DNA of 24,000 nt from Oceanospirillum sp. (GCA_047518265.1 JAKZRG010000091.1:1-24000), one strand, 5' to 3'; counted from the stretch's first letter, positions 8,948-17,607 are shown. Notes: generated from the letters alone by a model not told the origin. Translations and numbers: made by a program.

Positions 8948-9180
8948 ATTTTATCCATTAAAGGCATAACGAAGCATCTTCTATTCTCATCTGTAAATTT
9001 TAGCATTGTGTAGGTGATTTTATAATGAGAATAATTATTGATTTTGTTTTCAACCTTACGGCACAAAATTTACCTAGATGCCTATCTTGATATCAAGGGA
9101 CAAATAAAACACTAGTGCTGTCAAAAATATGTCAATGGTAAAGTGCTCTTCACCATCGTAAGGCCTATAAAAATAGAACT

Positions 9181-9939
9181 TTACTGCAGGAGTTCATCAA
9201 GATATTTTTGGATTTTTCCTTTCTCACGTAACTGCTTCATCCCCTTATTAAACTGTTCTGTCAGGTGGGGGCCTTTACCATTTTTCTTGGAAAAGAGAAC
9301 ATAGCTGTACTGCTCTTGTAATGCTTTTGAATGATGGGTAAAAAGAGTAACGTCACCTTTGAAGTGTTTTTTGAGGGTGTAATAGCCAATCTCTTTTATC
9401 TGAGGGAATAGGTCTATTCGACCCGCTTTTAATTTTTTGTAATTTAACTCTCCTGAAACGGCCTTAGCCACGGACATTTTCTCATCTTTTATGGCCCGAT
9501 CCATTTCAGCACCATAGGTAAAACCATTAATAACTCCGATGGTATAGGGTTTTAAATCTGCTAATGTATTCCAGTTGAAAGCATTAGATTTTAAGTGGAA
9601 AAATACTTGCTCTTCTTTAATTACCGCATCACTGAAGTGAAAATGCTGCAGACGTTCATCCGTTTTGAACCAAACAAGAGTGCCTTCATAATTTTTGCCC
9701 TCTTGAGCTTCTAAGTAAGCACGCTTCCAGGGAAAATAACTAATTTCTACTTGATAGCCTACTGCCTCAAAGGCTTCTGTTACGATCCTTGCTGCCACAC
9801 CGCCATGGGGAAGTGTTTCCGAAATATAGGGTGCATATTCACCCGTAGTCAGTCGAACAATTTTCTCCTGAGCAAAAACAACGTGGTGATTACTACTAAA
9901 GATGGTCAGCATATACACCAGAAAAATCCTATATATCAT
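9181..9939 (-). CDS. Periplasmic substrate-binding protein, family 3 (amino-acid/polar type), orphan with no adjacent permease or ATPase
   Basis: I prefer ATG 9939 (GAGG SD 8 nt upstream; MIYRIFLVYMLTIFSS signal) over the track's TTG 9969. LTTGEYAPYISE, YFPWKRAY and GRIDLFPQ are typical of SBP_bac_3 proteins. Confidence 0.75.
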   Translation of the reverse strand: MIYRIFLVYMLTIFSSNHHVVFAQEKIVRLTTGEYAPYISETLPHGGVAARIVTEAFEAVGYQVEISYFPWKRAYLEAQEGKNYEGTLVWFKTDERLQHFHFSDAVIKEEQVFFHLKSNAFNWNTLADLKPYTIGVINGFTYGAEMDRAIKDEKMSVAKAVSGELNYKKLKAGRIDLFPQIKEIGYYTLKKHFKGDVTLFTHHSKALQEQYSYVLFSKKNGKGPHLTEQFNKGMKQLREKGKIQKYLDELLQ

Positions 9940-10094
9940 GATCACAACCTCTGCACTCGATGACGACAACTAACGACACCAAAAATTATAGTGTACGTCA
10001 TAGCTGTTCGCGTTTGAGTTTTAAGATTTTATCCTCCACAACCTCATTTTTAATCTATCTTGCATAGTAGGCTTTTGTTTATTTAAGCGATGGC

Positions 10095-13000
10095 ATGACA
10101 CATATAAATAGAATATTTATCGTTATATTTGCCCTACTCATAACCCTCATATCAAAGGGGATTTCAGCTGATGATGGAGATATTCACATTGCTGTCATTA
10201 GCCCTAAGGAAGTAGAGCCTGTGGGGATAAAGGGCTTTCGGCTTTATATGGAAGAAATTAATTGGCAAACACCTAGGGGGACAAAGATTACACTAGATCA
10301 TTACTTTGATAACAATAACAAAGCTCAAGCCATTTCTGTTGCTAAGCAAATTGCAAAAGATAACCGAGCAGCTCTTGTTATTGGTCACAACTACAGCTCA
10401 ACGTCATCAGTCGCTGGAAAAATTTATGCTAAGCACGGTATTCCAGCGATTAGCTACAGTGCAACAAATCCAAGTGTCACTAAAGATAACCCTTGGTATT
10501 TCCGCACGATCTTCAATGATTCTAGTCAAGGCAGTTTTTTAGCGTACTACGCTATTAAAACGCTGAACTATAACCAACTCACCGTGATATATGAGCCGGA
10601 TAAATACGGTTCCTTTCTTGCCCAAGTATTTCAAGAAAGTGCCTATGAGTATGGGGCTAAACAGGTAGAAAGTTTTGAGCTTGATATGCAAGCAGAGCCA
10701 GAAGATCGCTATAAGGCAATCCTAGATAAAATTGCCAAAAATAAAGCTCAGTCAGGTTTAATTTTTATGGCAACACATGCAGATGAAGGTATCGCTTTGG
10801 TTAAAAAACTCAGAGATGAGGGGATAAAAAATCCGATTATGGGCCCAGATTCATTTTACTCAACAAGCTTTATCACAGGCTTTAATCAATTCCCTCTTGA
10901 ACAACATAGTCCAGGCCACTATAGCAACGGCATCTTTGTCTCTGCTCCTATTGTATTTGATGCCGCCAATGCGGAGGCTCAAAGCTTGAAGCACAACTAC
11001 TTTAAAACCTATGGAGAACATGCAGATTGGGCATCTGCTTATGGTTACGATACTGCCAAGGTAGTGGAATCAATTATTGATATCAGCCGATCTGGAAAAA
11101 AATCAAATACTCTCTCTGCCTCTACGAGCACTCCCGAAGATCAATCAGTTCTACAAGCGACCCTAACAAGACAACGTGTTGCGATACGAGAAGCATTAGC
11201 AAGCATTAATAGCCCGAAAAATGCAATTAAGGGAGCTACTGGACTCAATTATTTTAATGAAGATGGGGATGCTATCAAGCCGATTTTTATCGCTGTTTTA
11301 CATGGTAAGAGTGCTGTTTCGGGTCTAATACAGTATACCGATGTGCCTAATATTGAAGAGGTGTATCAACTTGATGAGCAGATAGATAGTGGACACATAA
11401 TCAAAATGACCGATCGTTTTATGTATAAAAAATCGGTCATTTTCACAGGAGTTAAAATCCATCACATTGGTAAAATAAACCAACAAAAAAATACCAGCGA
11501 GTTGGATTTCACATTATGGTTTCGCTATAGAGGTGACTTTAATCCTAATCAGATCGAGTTCACTAATAGTGTTGACCCTTTAACCTTGGCAGAACCCGAG
11601 ATAAAAACAGAATCAAACAATATTAGCTATCAAGCATTTAGAGTTAAAGGTGTATTCCGTAACAACTTTATGGATGATATAGAACGCAGGGTCCAAGTCA
11701 GTATCGGTTTTGCATTGCGCAACACAGAAGTTGACCGCAACAGCCTGCTTTACATTAGCGACATTATGGGACTTGGACTAACAGGTGATATGGAACTAAT
11801 CGATTATGTAAAAAAGCAGAAATTAGCGGATGAAATTTCAGGTTGGCAAGTGCAAAACGCCAGCATTTTTGAGCGTAGTATTAATATCGATAGCCTAGGT
11901 TTACCACAATATATAAACCTTACCGATGCGACCGTGCCTTACTCCCAATATCACTACCTGATAGATCTAAAACAAACCGGATTTCGTTTAAGTGATCTCA
12001 TTGATCAAGGAAAAACAGGTCTAATCGCAGCACTATGTTTCACTATTTTATCTAGCATTTATCTATCCCGATTTCTATTTCTGAGACGTTTCAAATCTAA
12101 TCTGATTCTCTTACGTTTACGTTGGTTAATCATCACCTTATCTTGGGTGTTATTACTCAGTACCAGTGAAACATGGTTAAGCTACAATCTTTTCTCTGAT
12201 ATTGATGTGCATTTTCAAAAATGGATATTACATGCTTACGATCTCAGCTGGTGGATTATTCCAGCCATGTTATTGGTGCACGCCGCTGATGCTTTTATTT
12301 GGAAAACACTTCAGGCTAAAACAGGTCGCCCTGTACCCGGTGTTATCCAAAGCTTATTAGCCTTTATTATTTATACACTGGCTCTCTTTGCAATTGTGGC
12401 TTTTGTTTATGATCAAAAGCTAACCGGCTTGCTAGCAACATCAGGTCTATTAGCCATGATTATTGGCTTAGCGATACAGATGAATCTATCTAATATATTC
12501 TCGGGGATAGCATTAAACCTAGAGCAGCCATTTAGGGTTGGAGATTGGGTTAAAATTGGTGAACACGAAGGACAAGTTATCGATGTTAATTGGCGTGCCA
12601 CACGATTATTGACCAGAGTTAAGCACGAAATAAGTATCCCCAATACCCCTGCGGCTGATACAGCCATAATTAATTACAGTAATAATCAGGGAGCAACCCG
12701 TCAAAGCTTAATGGTTGGAGTGCACCCAGTACACCCGATTGAAAAGGTAAAACCTCTGTTAATTGCAGCGGCATTCAAGCACCCCAATGTTTTAAGTACA
12801 CCTAGACCTCATTGTACCTTTGCAGGTATTAAAGAAGGTGTCGCTCAGTATCGTCTGATCTTCTCTTACACAGATTACTCGCTTACCTTTCAGGTTGTTG
12901 ATCAAATTTGGGGACAGATGATCCAGAACTTTAAGAAAGCAGGTATCAACTATGTACCGCCAATGCAACGTATAGAGATGAACAAAGCTAAGCCGACACC

Positions 13001-13529
13001 ATTTTTACACCGTGAAAATAGTGATTTTATTAGTCAAGCAGCGATCTTTTCAGGTATGCCAGAAATATTTAAACAAGATCTGAGTAGCAAATTGATTGAA
13101 CGGCACTATGACGTTGGGGAGTTTGTACTTAAAAAATCAACCATGGAGGATTCACTGTTTATTATCCAGTCTGGAGTTGCAACGATTTTAAAGGAAAATG
13201 AAAAGGGTATCTCTTTAGAACAACAGCGCTTAGGCATAGATGATTTGATCAATACGGAAATACTATACCGTGATGGGTCACGAGACTATTCTGTTCGAGC
13301 TGTGACTACCTTGAGGATTTTGGAAATCCAAAAAGAAGTATTAATGGAGCTTTTCCAGAAATACCCAGAGTATCAGCCAATTTTTGACCACAATATTCAA
13401 ATTCTAGTGCAAGAGCTTAAAGACAACGAAGGTAGCCCACCTATTCAGGATTACTCTAAAATGGGGAATCACTTTGCCTGGATGGAGACAAAAAATGTCG
13501 CACCAAGCAGTAAAGCGAAGAAAAATTAA
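10095..13529 (+). CDS. Multidomain MscS-family channel: signal peptide, type-1 periplasmic binding domain, beta-rich periplasmic module, 5 TM, MscS pore/beta domain and a C-terminal cNMP-binding-like domain
   Basis: 1144 aa. The signal is MTHINRIFIVIFALLITLISKGISA. PBP1/LivK-like blocks are at aa ~27-400 (ALVIGHNYSSTSSVAGKIYAKHGIPAISYSATNPSVT, WYFRTIFNDSSQG, LTVIYEPDKYG). Five hydrophobic helices span aa ~642-808. The MscS signature is SGLLAMIIGLAIQMNLSNIFSGIALNLEQPFRVGDWVKIGEHEGQVIDVNWRATRLLT...ISIPN (aa ~782-850). The cNMP-like domain at aa ~983-1100 includes IFSGMPEIF...YDVGEFVLKKSTMEDSLFIIQSGVATI...VRAVT. Confidence 0.8.
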   Translation: MTHINRIFIVIFALLITLISKGISADDGDIHIAVISPKEVEPVGIKGFRLYMEEINWQTPRGTKITLDHYFDNNNKAQAISVAKQIAKDNRAALVIGHNYSSTSSVAGKIYAKHGIPAISYSATNPSVTKDNPWYFRTIFNDSSQGSFLAYYAIKTLNYNQLTVIYEPDKYGSFLAQVFQESAYEYGAKQVESFELDMQAEPEDRYKAILDKIAKNKAQSGLIFMATHADEGIALVKKLRDEGIKNPIMGPDSFYSTSFITGFNQFPLEQHSPGHYSNGIFVSAPIVFDAANAEAQSLKHNYFKTYGEHADWASAYGYDTAKVVESIIDISRSGKKSNTLSASTSTPEDQSVLQATLTRQRVAIREALASINSPKNAIKGATGLNYFNEDGDAIKPIFIAVLHGKSAVSGLIQYTDVPNIEEVYQLDEQIDSGHIIKMTDRFMYKKSVIFTGVKIHHIGKINQQKNTSELDFTLWFRYRGDFNPNQIEFTNSVDPLTLAEPEIKTESNNISYQAFRVKGVFRNNFMDDIERRVQVSIGFALRNTEVDRNSLLYISDIMGLGLTGDMELIDYVKKQKLADEISGWQVQNASIFERSINIDSLGLPQYINLTDATVPYSQYHYLIDLKQTGFRLSDLIDQGKTGLIAALCFTILSSIYLSRFLFLRRFKSNLILLRLRWLIITLSWVLLLSTSETWLSYNLFSDIDVHFQKWILHAYDLSWWIIPAMLLVHAADAFIWKTLQAKTGRPVPGVIQSLLAFIIYTLALFAIVAFVYDQKLTGLLATSGLLAMIIGLAIQMNLSNIFSGIALNLEQPFRVGDWVKIGEHEGQVIDVNWRATRLLTRVKHEISIPNTPAADTAIINYSNNQGATRQSLMVGVHPVHPIEKVKPLLIAAAFKHPNVLSTPRPHCTFAGIKEGVAQYRLIFSYTDYSLTFQVVDQIWGQMIQNFKKAGINYVPPMQRIEMNKAKPTPFLHRENSDFISQAAIFSGMPEIFKQDLSSKLIERHYDVGEFVLKKSTMEDSLFIIQSGVATILKENEKGISLEQQRLGIDDLINTEILYRDGSRDYSVRAVTTLRILEIQKEVLMELFQKYPEYQPIFDHNIQILVQELKDNEGSPPIQDYSKMGNHFAWMETKNVAPSSKAKKN

Positions 13530-13796
13530 TCAATAACAATTTAATCTCCTCCAGTCTCGAAAAAATAAAAACATTTAAATACAATAAGTTAGAAAAAATT
13601 ACATGATAACATGTAAGTAAAATCAAGACTTAGCATGGCCTATGTAATGGCTTGTAATAACTCTGTCTTATTTTGTCTGCTACCTTTTCTATACACCAGT
13701 TACTTTTGCACAACGTTACCTCCTATCAATATCGGGTATGTAAAGTGAAAAGCAGTAACTTCGAACGGTGGCCTGTTAAGAAGAGAGGAACTTGTC

Positions 13797-13979
13797 ATGG
13801 AAAAGTACATTATTCAGAAATTAATGTCGGTAGCTAACCCCCTTACAGTACGAAAGGGCAATCTATTGTGTTATTCCTACAACACAAGTAACTACTACCC
13901 GAACATTGTTCGTCAGGCTTTTTCCTCTCGTGCAACACCGGTTCCCCATGGCGTTATTGAGTTGATGATGGATTGCTAA
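13797..13979 (+). CDS. Hypothetical small protein (60 aa)
   Basis: It is the only ORF in a 600-bp spacer. A GAGAGGAA SD ends 8 nt before the ATG, and a strong stem-loop lies about 40 nt downstream. I recognise no motif, so coding status is uncertain. Confidence 0.3.
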   Translation: MEKYIIQKLMSVANPLTVRKGNLLCYSYNTSNYYPNIVRQAFSSRATPVPHGVIELMMDC

Positions 13980-14017
13980 ATTTCTCATGGGAAATCAGCT
14001 CAAATCCCGGAAAACAA

Positions 14018-14056
14018 AAAGGCTTTGATATTAGCTACAGTAATATCAAGGCCTTT
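14018..14056. terminator. Bidirectional intrinsic terminator (best fit for the minus-strand glutaredoxin-like gene)
   Basis: A 16-bp stem pairs AAAGGCTTTGATATTA (14018-14033) with TAATATCAAGGCCTTT (14041-14056), with one G-U pair and a 7-nt loop. On the minus strand it is followed by TTTTTGTTTT (14011-14020). Confidence 0.75.
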
Positions 14057-14128
14057 CTATCTAGGACATCTATACAAAAGCTATGCCCATCTAAGATAGA
14101 TCCTCACTAATCAACATTGAATTCCTAT

Positions 14129-14425
14129 TTAAGCTGTTTCGTATTTCTCATCATAGTTGCGCAAGAATTGAATAATATCTGAAGATTCATAAAGCCAGCC
14201 GCTTCTGCCATCTTTTAGATCGATCCTTAGACAAGGTACTTGGGATCTTCCACCTTGCTTTACGAGCTCCGCCCGATGCTCAGGCTGCTTTTGGGTATTT
14301 CTAAGTTCAACATTCAAGCTGGTTTGATCCATAGCTCGGCGAGTCATGACACAAAAGGGGCAGCTGTCGTAATGATAAAGTGAAAAAGTTTCGACGGTAT
14401 CAGGGGTTAAATCATTAAGCGTCAT
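14129..14425 (-). CDS. Glutaredoxin-family protein (CPFC active site)
   Basis: GGAG SD 8 nt upstream. LYHYDSCPFCVMTRRAM carries the CxxC, and RSQVPCLRID...WLYESSDIIQFL carries the thioredoxin-fold cis-Pro region. Confidence 0.7.
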   Translation of the reverse strand: MTLNDLTPDTVETFSLYHYDSCPFCVMTRRAMDQTSLNVELRNTQKQPEHRAELVKQGGRSQVPCLRIDLKDGRSGWLYESSDIIQFLRNYDEKYETA

Positions 14426-14637
14426 TTATATATCTCCAACAATGTTTCCTACCTAAACAAAAGCCATCAACCCTCCCCTATCAATGATTAGCGGTAAGGT
14501 TGCTTCAAAAGTGAAACTTTTGCTTAGATGCTTATAGCTCCATTATCCTGATTATGTTTGAACAAAATATGATTAAATGTTGGAATAAATTGTCATTTTG
14601 ACCAATTCTTTAAAAATAGCAGCATTCAGATCACTCT

Positions 14638-15594
14638 ATGGATATCAGTATGGACAAAGGTATTGAGACTGACGCACTGGCAGATGTATTAAAAACCATC
14701 CGTTTAAAGGGGCACAGTTATTTCTGTTCAGATTTTGTTTCGCCCTGGGGGATGGATATAGAACATACGCAACAGGGCTTATTTCATGTAATTGTCCAAG
14801 GACGTTGTTGGATGCAACACGATCAAACAGATCATTTATTACATCTCGAACAAGGTGATATTGTTGCCTTCCCTACCGGTTGTTCTCACTGGATTGGTTC
14901 TCATGCGAAAAGCAGTCGATTACCTGCTGCAGATGTAGTCCAAAAAATTCAAGCAGGTCAAAATCCTTTTAGCCCTCAAGACAAAAGCCAAACAACCCAT
15001 ACGCTATTGTGTGGCGCTTTTGATTATGATTTTTCAATCAAGCATCCATTCCTGAAAGATCTTCCTTGCTTTATTCATATTCAAGCGGCTGAAACACCAG
15101 ATTTAGCTTGGCTTAGATCGATGATGATGGTTTTGGCCAATGAATCTCAAACTCTGAGTCCCGGTTCATCTGTTATGGTGGATCGATTGACAGAAATTCT
15201 CTTTATTCAATTAATGCGCTTTTACATGCAAAGCAGTCATGGGGATATGGGATATATCACCGCATTAGCAGACCCACAAATAGGTACAGCTTTAAATCTA
15301 ATTCATGGTGATAAAGAAGCTTATTGGAGCGTTGAGCGCCTAGGTCATGAAGTTGCACTATCACGTACAGCATTTACCGAGAAATTTTCAGCGATGGTCG
15401 GCATGCCTCCAAAAAGCTATCTTCTAAATTGGCGCATGCAAAAAGCCAAATGCTTATTAGAGACAGAAGAAGCCACAATGTTTGAAATAGCAGAGTCTGC
15501 TGGTTACTCCTCCGAGGCCGCTTTTAGCAAGGCATTCAAGCAACACTTTTTAATGACACCTGGACAGGTTCGTCGAAATTCAAAAGAATATTGA
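14638..15594 (+). CDS. AraC-family transcriptional regulator with an N-terminal cupin-like sensor domain
   Basis: The C-terminal double HTH is ERLGHEVALSRTAFTEKFSAMVGMPPKSYLLNWRMQKAKCLL...IAESAGYSSEAAFSKAFKQHFLMTPGQVR. The N-terminus has a cupin-like GDIVAFPTGCSHW. The start could instead be ATG 14650; neither has a clear SD. Confidence 0.85.
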   Translation: MDISMDKGIETDALADVLKTIRLKGHSYFCSDFVSPWGMDIEHTQQGLFHVIVQGRCWMQHDQTDHLLHLEQGDIVAFPTGCSHWIGSHAKSSRLPAADVVQKIQAGQNPFSPQDKSQTTHTLLCGAFDYDFSIKHPFLKDLPCFIHIQAAETPDLAWLRSMMMVLANESQTLSPGSSVMVDRLTEILFIQLMRFYMQSSHGDMGYITALADPQIGTALNLIHGDKEAYWSVERLGHEVALSRTAFTEKFSAMVGMPPKSYLLNWRMQKAKCLLETEEATMFEIAESAGYSSEAAFSKAFKQHFLMTPGQVRRNSKEY

Positions 15595-15806
15595 TTTTAA
15601 TTTCAAGGTTAAAGCACCATAAATTCAAAAATAACAGATAGATCCTCTTTTTATGATCGCTAATTACTTGAGTTTATCTGTTATATTCTTTTTTTTAACC
15701 TCTTTTCAAAATCCAGTCTGCGTATACCCCCTGGGGGATATATCCCGCCAGCCCTACCGAAACAGAGAATAAAGTCCTCGATTGATAATAAAAATGAGGA
15801 TGAAGC

Positions 15807-16499
15807 ATGAATCTGAAACAAGCCCTTTCCGGTCTTACTCTAGCTCTAGTTGTTGGTAGCGTACAGGCAGCAGAAGTGTCTGGTACTTTTGGCTTCACCA
15901 GCGATTACCGCTCCCGTGGTATTTCTCAAACTGCTGGTGATGCTGCAATTCAAGGTAGCCTAGACGCTGGATTTGATAACGGTATTTATATTGGTGCTTG
16001 GGGTAGTAATGTCGATTTTGGTGATGATGCCAATCTGGAAGTTGATTACTACATTGGTTATGGCTCCGACATTAACGATAACCTGAGCTATGACGTTTCT
16101 TTTAACTATTACACCTATCCAGGCTACGATGCAGCCGATTCAGATTATGCTGAACTGATTGGTGGTTTGTATTTTGGAGACTTAGCGGCCACTTTTGCTT
16201 TTGCCAATGACTATGCAAATTTAGGCGAATCTGCTCAATATGTTGCACTGGATTACAGTATCGCAATAAATGACGACATCAGTATTGATCTACATGCCGG
16301 TCACTCTTTTGGCGATTACTGGGGCAAGGCAGATATCGAAGATTACCAAGATATGTCTGTGACGGTATCCGGTTCAGCTATGGGCTTGGATCTATCTGCA
16401 GCACTACTTGCCAATAACATCGATAGCGCAGATGAAACGGATAGTGGTGCATTCCGTAATGATAGCACTGTGATACTGTCAGTTTCTCGTTCACTGTAA
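15807..16499 (+). CDS. TorF-family (Gcw_chp) putative outer-membrane porin
   Basis: GAGGA SD 6 nt upstream. Signal peptide ...LALVVGSVQA-AE. Family-typical blocks are GTFGFTSDYRSRGISQTAGDAAIQGSLD and GIYIGAWGSNVDF, and the strands are acidic and aromatic-rich. Confidence 0.75.
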   Translation: MNLKQALSGLTLALVVGSVQAAEVSGTFGFTSDYRSRGISQTAGDAAIQGSLDAGFDNGIYIGAWGSNVDFGDDANLEVDYYIGYGSDINDNLSYDVSFNYYTYPGYDAADSDYAELIGGLYFGDLAATFAFANDYANLGESAQYVALDYSIAINDDISIDLHAGHSFGDYWGKADIEDYQDMSVTVSGSAMGLDLSAALLANNIDSADETDSGAFRNDSTVILSVSRSL

Positions 16500-16600
16500 G
16501 AGACCATCAGGTGCTGCTGTCCGGTACCTGATAATTCACGCTGCTCAATCGTGAAATGGGCCAAGGATTTCAGTCGCAAAGAATACCTGTCTGCCCTTTT

Positions 16601-16630
16601 ACCGCCTGAATCAGTTCAGGCGGTTTTTTC
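16601..16630 (+). terminator. Rho-independent terminator of the porin gene
   Basis: ACCGCCTGAA (16601-16610) pairs perfectly with TTCAGGCGGT (16615-16624) around the loop TCAG, followed by TTTTTT (16625-16630). Confidence 0.85.
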
Positions 16631-16701
16631 CGAAATGGATTACCGATAGGGCAAAATTCGATTAGTATCGAATCCACACTATTCAGAATTGAGGCAATCA
16701 A

Positions 16702-17457
16702 TCATAATTTCTCGACGAGCTGCACTTGTACCACCCAGCCACGACTGGATTGTTCTAACGCATTAAAAGTTAGGTATTTCTGTTCTTTCTGAGTTAACAG
16801 ACTGATTAGCAATCCTCGATTGCCCTGTTTAACTTCCAGTAGGTTATTGACCTTACTAAACCTTGAGAAATCCAATACTCCGGCATCTTTACTCAAATTA
16901 TGGCGCTGGGCTTTCATTGCGTACTTGCCAAGCTTATGAGCTATGCCACCAAAAGCGTTATTGTCAGCTTCAGTATCTTGTTGAGCAAACTGAGTAATCG
17001 AGCTCAAACCTCCAGCACCAAGATCAATGCGACGCTTCCAACCATCGTGGGTTTGTTCCAAAACCTCTAATGCTAAGCCACCAAAGTCACCTTTATCAAA
17101 ATTGATTGACCAACGTTTTAACACTATTGCTGTATTTGATTTCGCATCCAATGCCAGAGTATCAATATTAGCTTTTAGATCCGTTAATTTGAAAGGTCCA
17201 TTACTGAACATATCCTCAATTGCCGAGAGACCTACTAAATTTTTACTGGCATCATAAGGATATTGCCCCAATAGTGAGTGTTCATCGTAGTAGCGACTTA
17301 AAAAAGCCGTATTCTGATTATTCATCACTAATTGCCAATCTGTGTTTAGCTGCTGTAATGACTTAGGCGCATCCCCATGACTTACTATTGCATTTGTTGC
17401 CAAAACAGCACTTAAAAAAAGCCCTAGGCTAGTTTTATTCAAAAAGAAGCTTTTCAT
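16702..17457 (-). CDS. Secreted hypothetical protein
   Basis: AAGGGG SD. Signal peptide MKSFFLNKTSLGLFLSAVLATNA. There is no catalytic motif I recognise; the N-terminal half may be NTF2/SnoaL-like, but that is only a guess. Confidence 0.5.
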   Translation of the reverse strand: MKSFFLNKTSLGLFLSAVLATNAIVSHGDAPKSLQQLNTDWQLVMNNQNTAFLSRYYDEHSLLGQYPYDASKNLVGLSAIEDMFSNGPFKLTDLKANIDTLALDAKSNTAIVLKRWSINFDKGDFGGLALEVLEQTHDGWKRRIDLGAGGLSSITQFAQQDTEADNNAFGGIAHKLGKYAMKAQRHNLSKDAGVLDFSRFSKVNNLLEVKQGNRGLLISLLTQKEQKYLTFNALEQSSRGWVVQVQLVEKL

Positions 17458-17607
17458 AATTCCCCTTAATCTAATAACACCGATAAAATTAATGAGAAAT
17501 TAAAAGATATACTGATTGAATAATAGGTACAGAACGACATCTTTTTCCAACGATCTGTGCTTTATTTTATCCAATGTAAACAGTGAGTTACAATGATTAG
17601 ATAAAGG

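Noticed and set aside
13635-13748. 37-codon Cys-rich hydrophobic mini-ORF (MAYVMACNNSVLFCLLPFLYTSYFCTTLPPINIGYVK) in the long spacer
   Set aside because: It has no SD or promoter-like context. It is short, and its composition is what AT/T-rich non-coding DNA yields by chance.
13750-13775. TTCGAAC-containing segment that superficially recalls a tRNA T-arm
   Set aside because: It has no acceptor-stem complementarity, D-arm or anticodon-arm structure around it, so it is not a tRNA.
15632-15700. AACAGATA...TATCTGTT inverted repeat with a roughly 35-nt loop followed by a T-run, downstream of the first AraC gene
   Set aside because: The loop is too large for a confident intrinsic terminator call. 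It may still contribute to termination, but I cannot support that from sequence alone.
15727-15737. CCCCCTGGGGG palindrome standing out in the AT-rich region upstream of the porin gene
   Set aside because: It offers only 5 bp of pairing with a 1-nt centre, so it cannot form a stable hairpin. It is a single occurrence with no partner site and no basis for a functional call.
15695-15898. 67-aa minus-strand ORF overlapping the start of the TorF-like porin gene, and the similar 16343-16579 minus-strand ORF overlapping its 3' end
   Set aside because: They overlap a well-supported gene with an SD and signal peptide. They have no SD and no recognisable motif, so they are probably chance ORFs.
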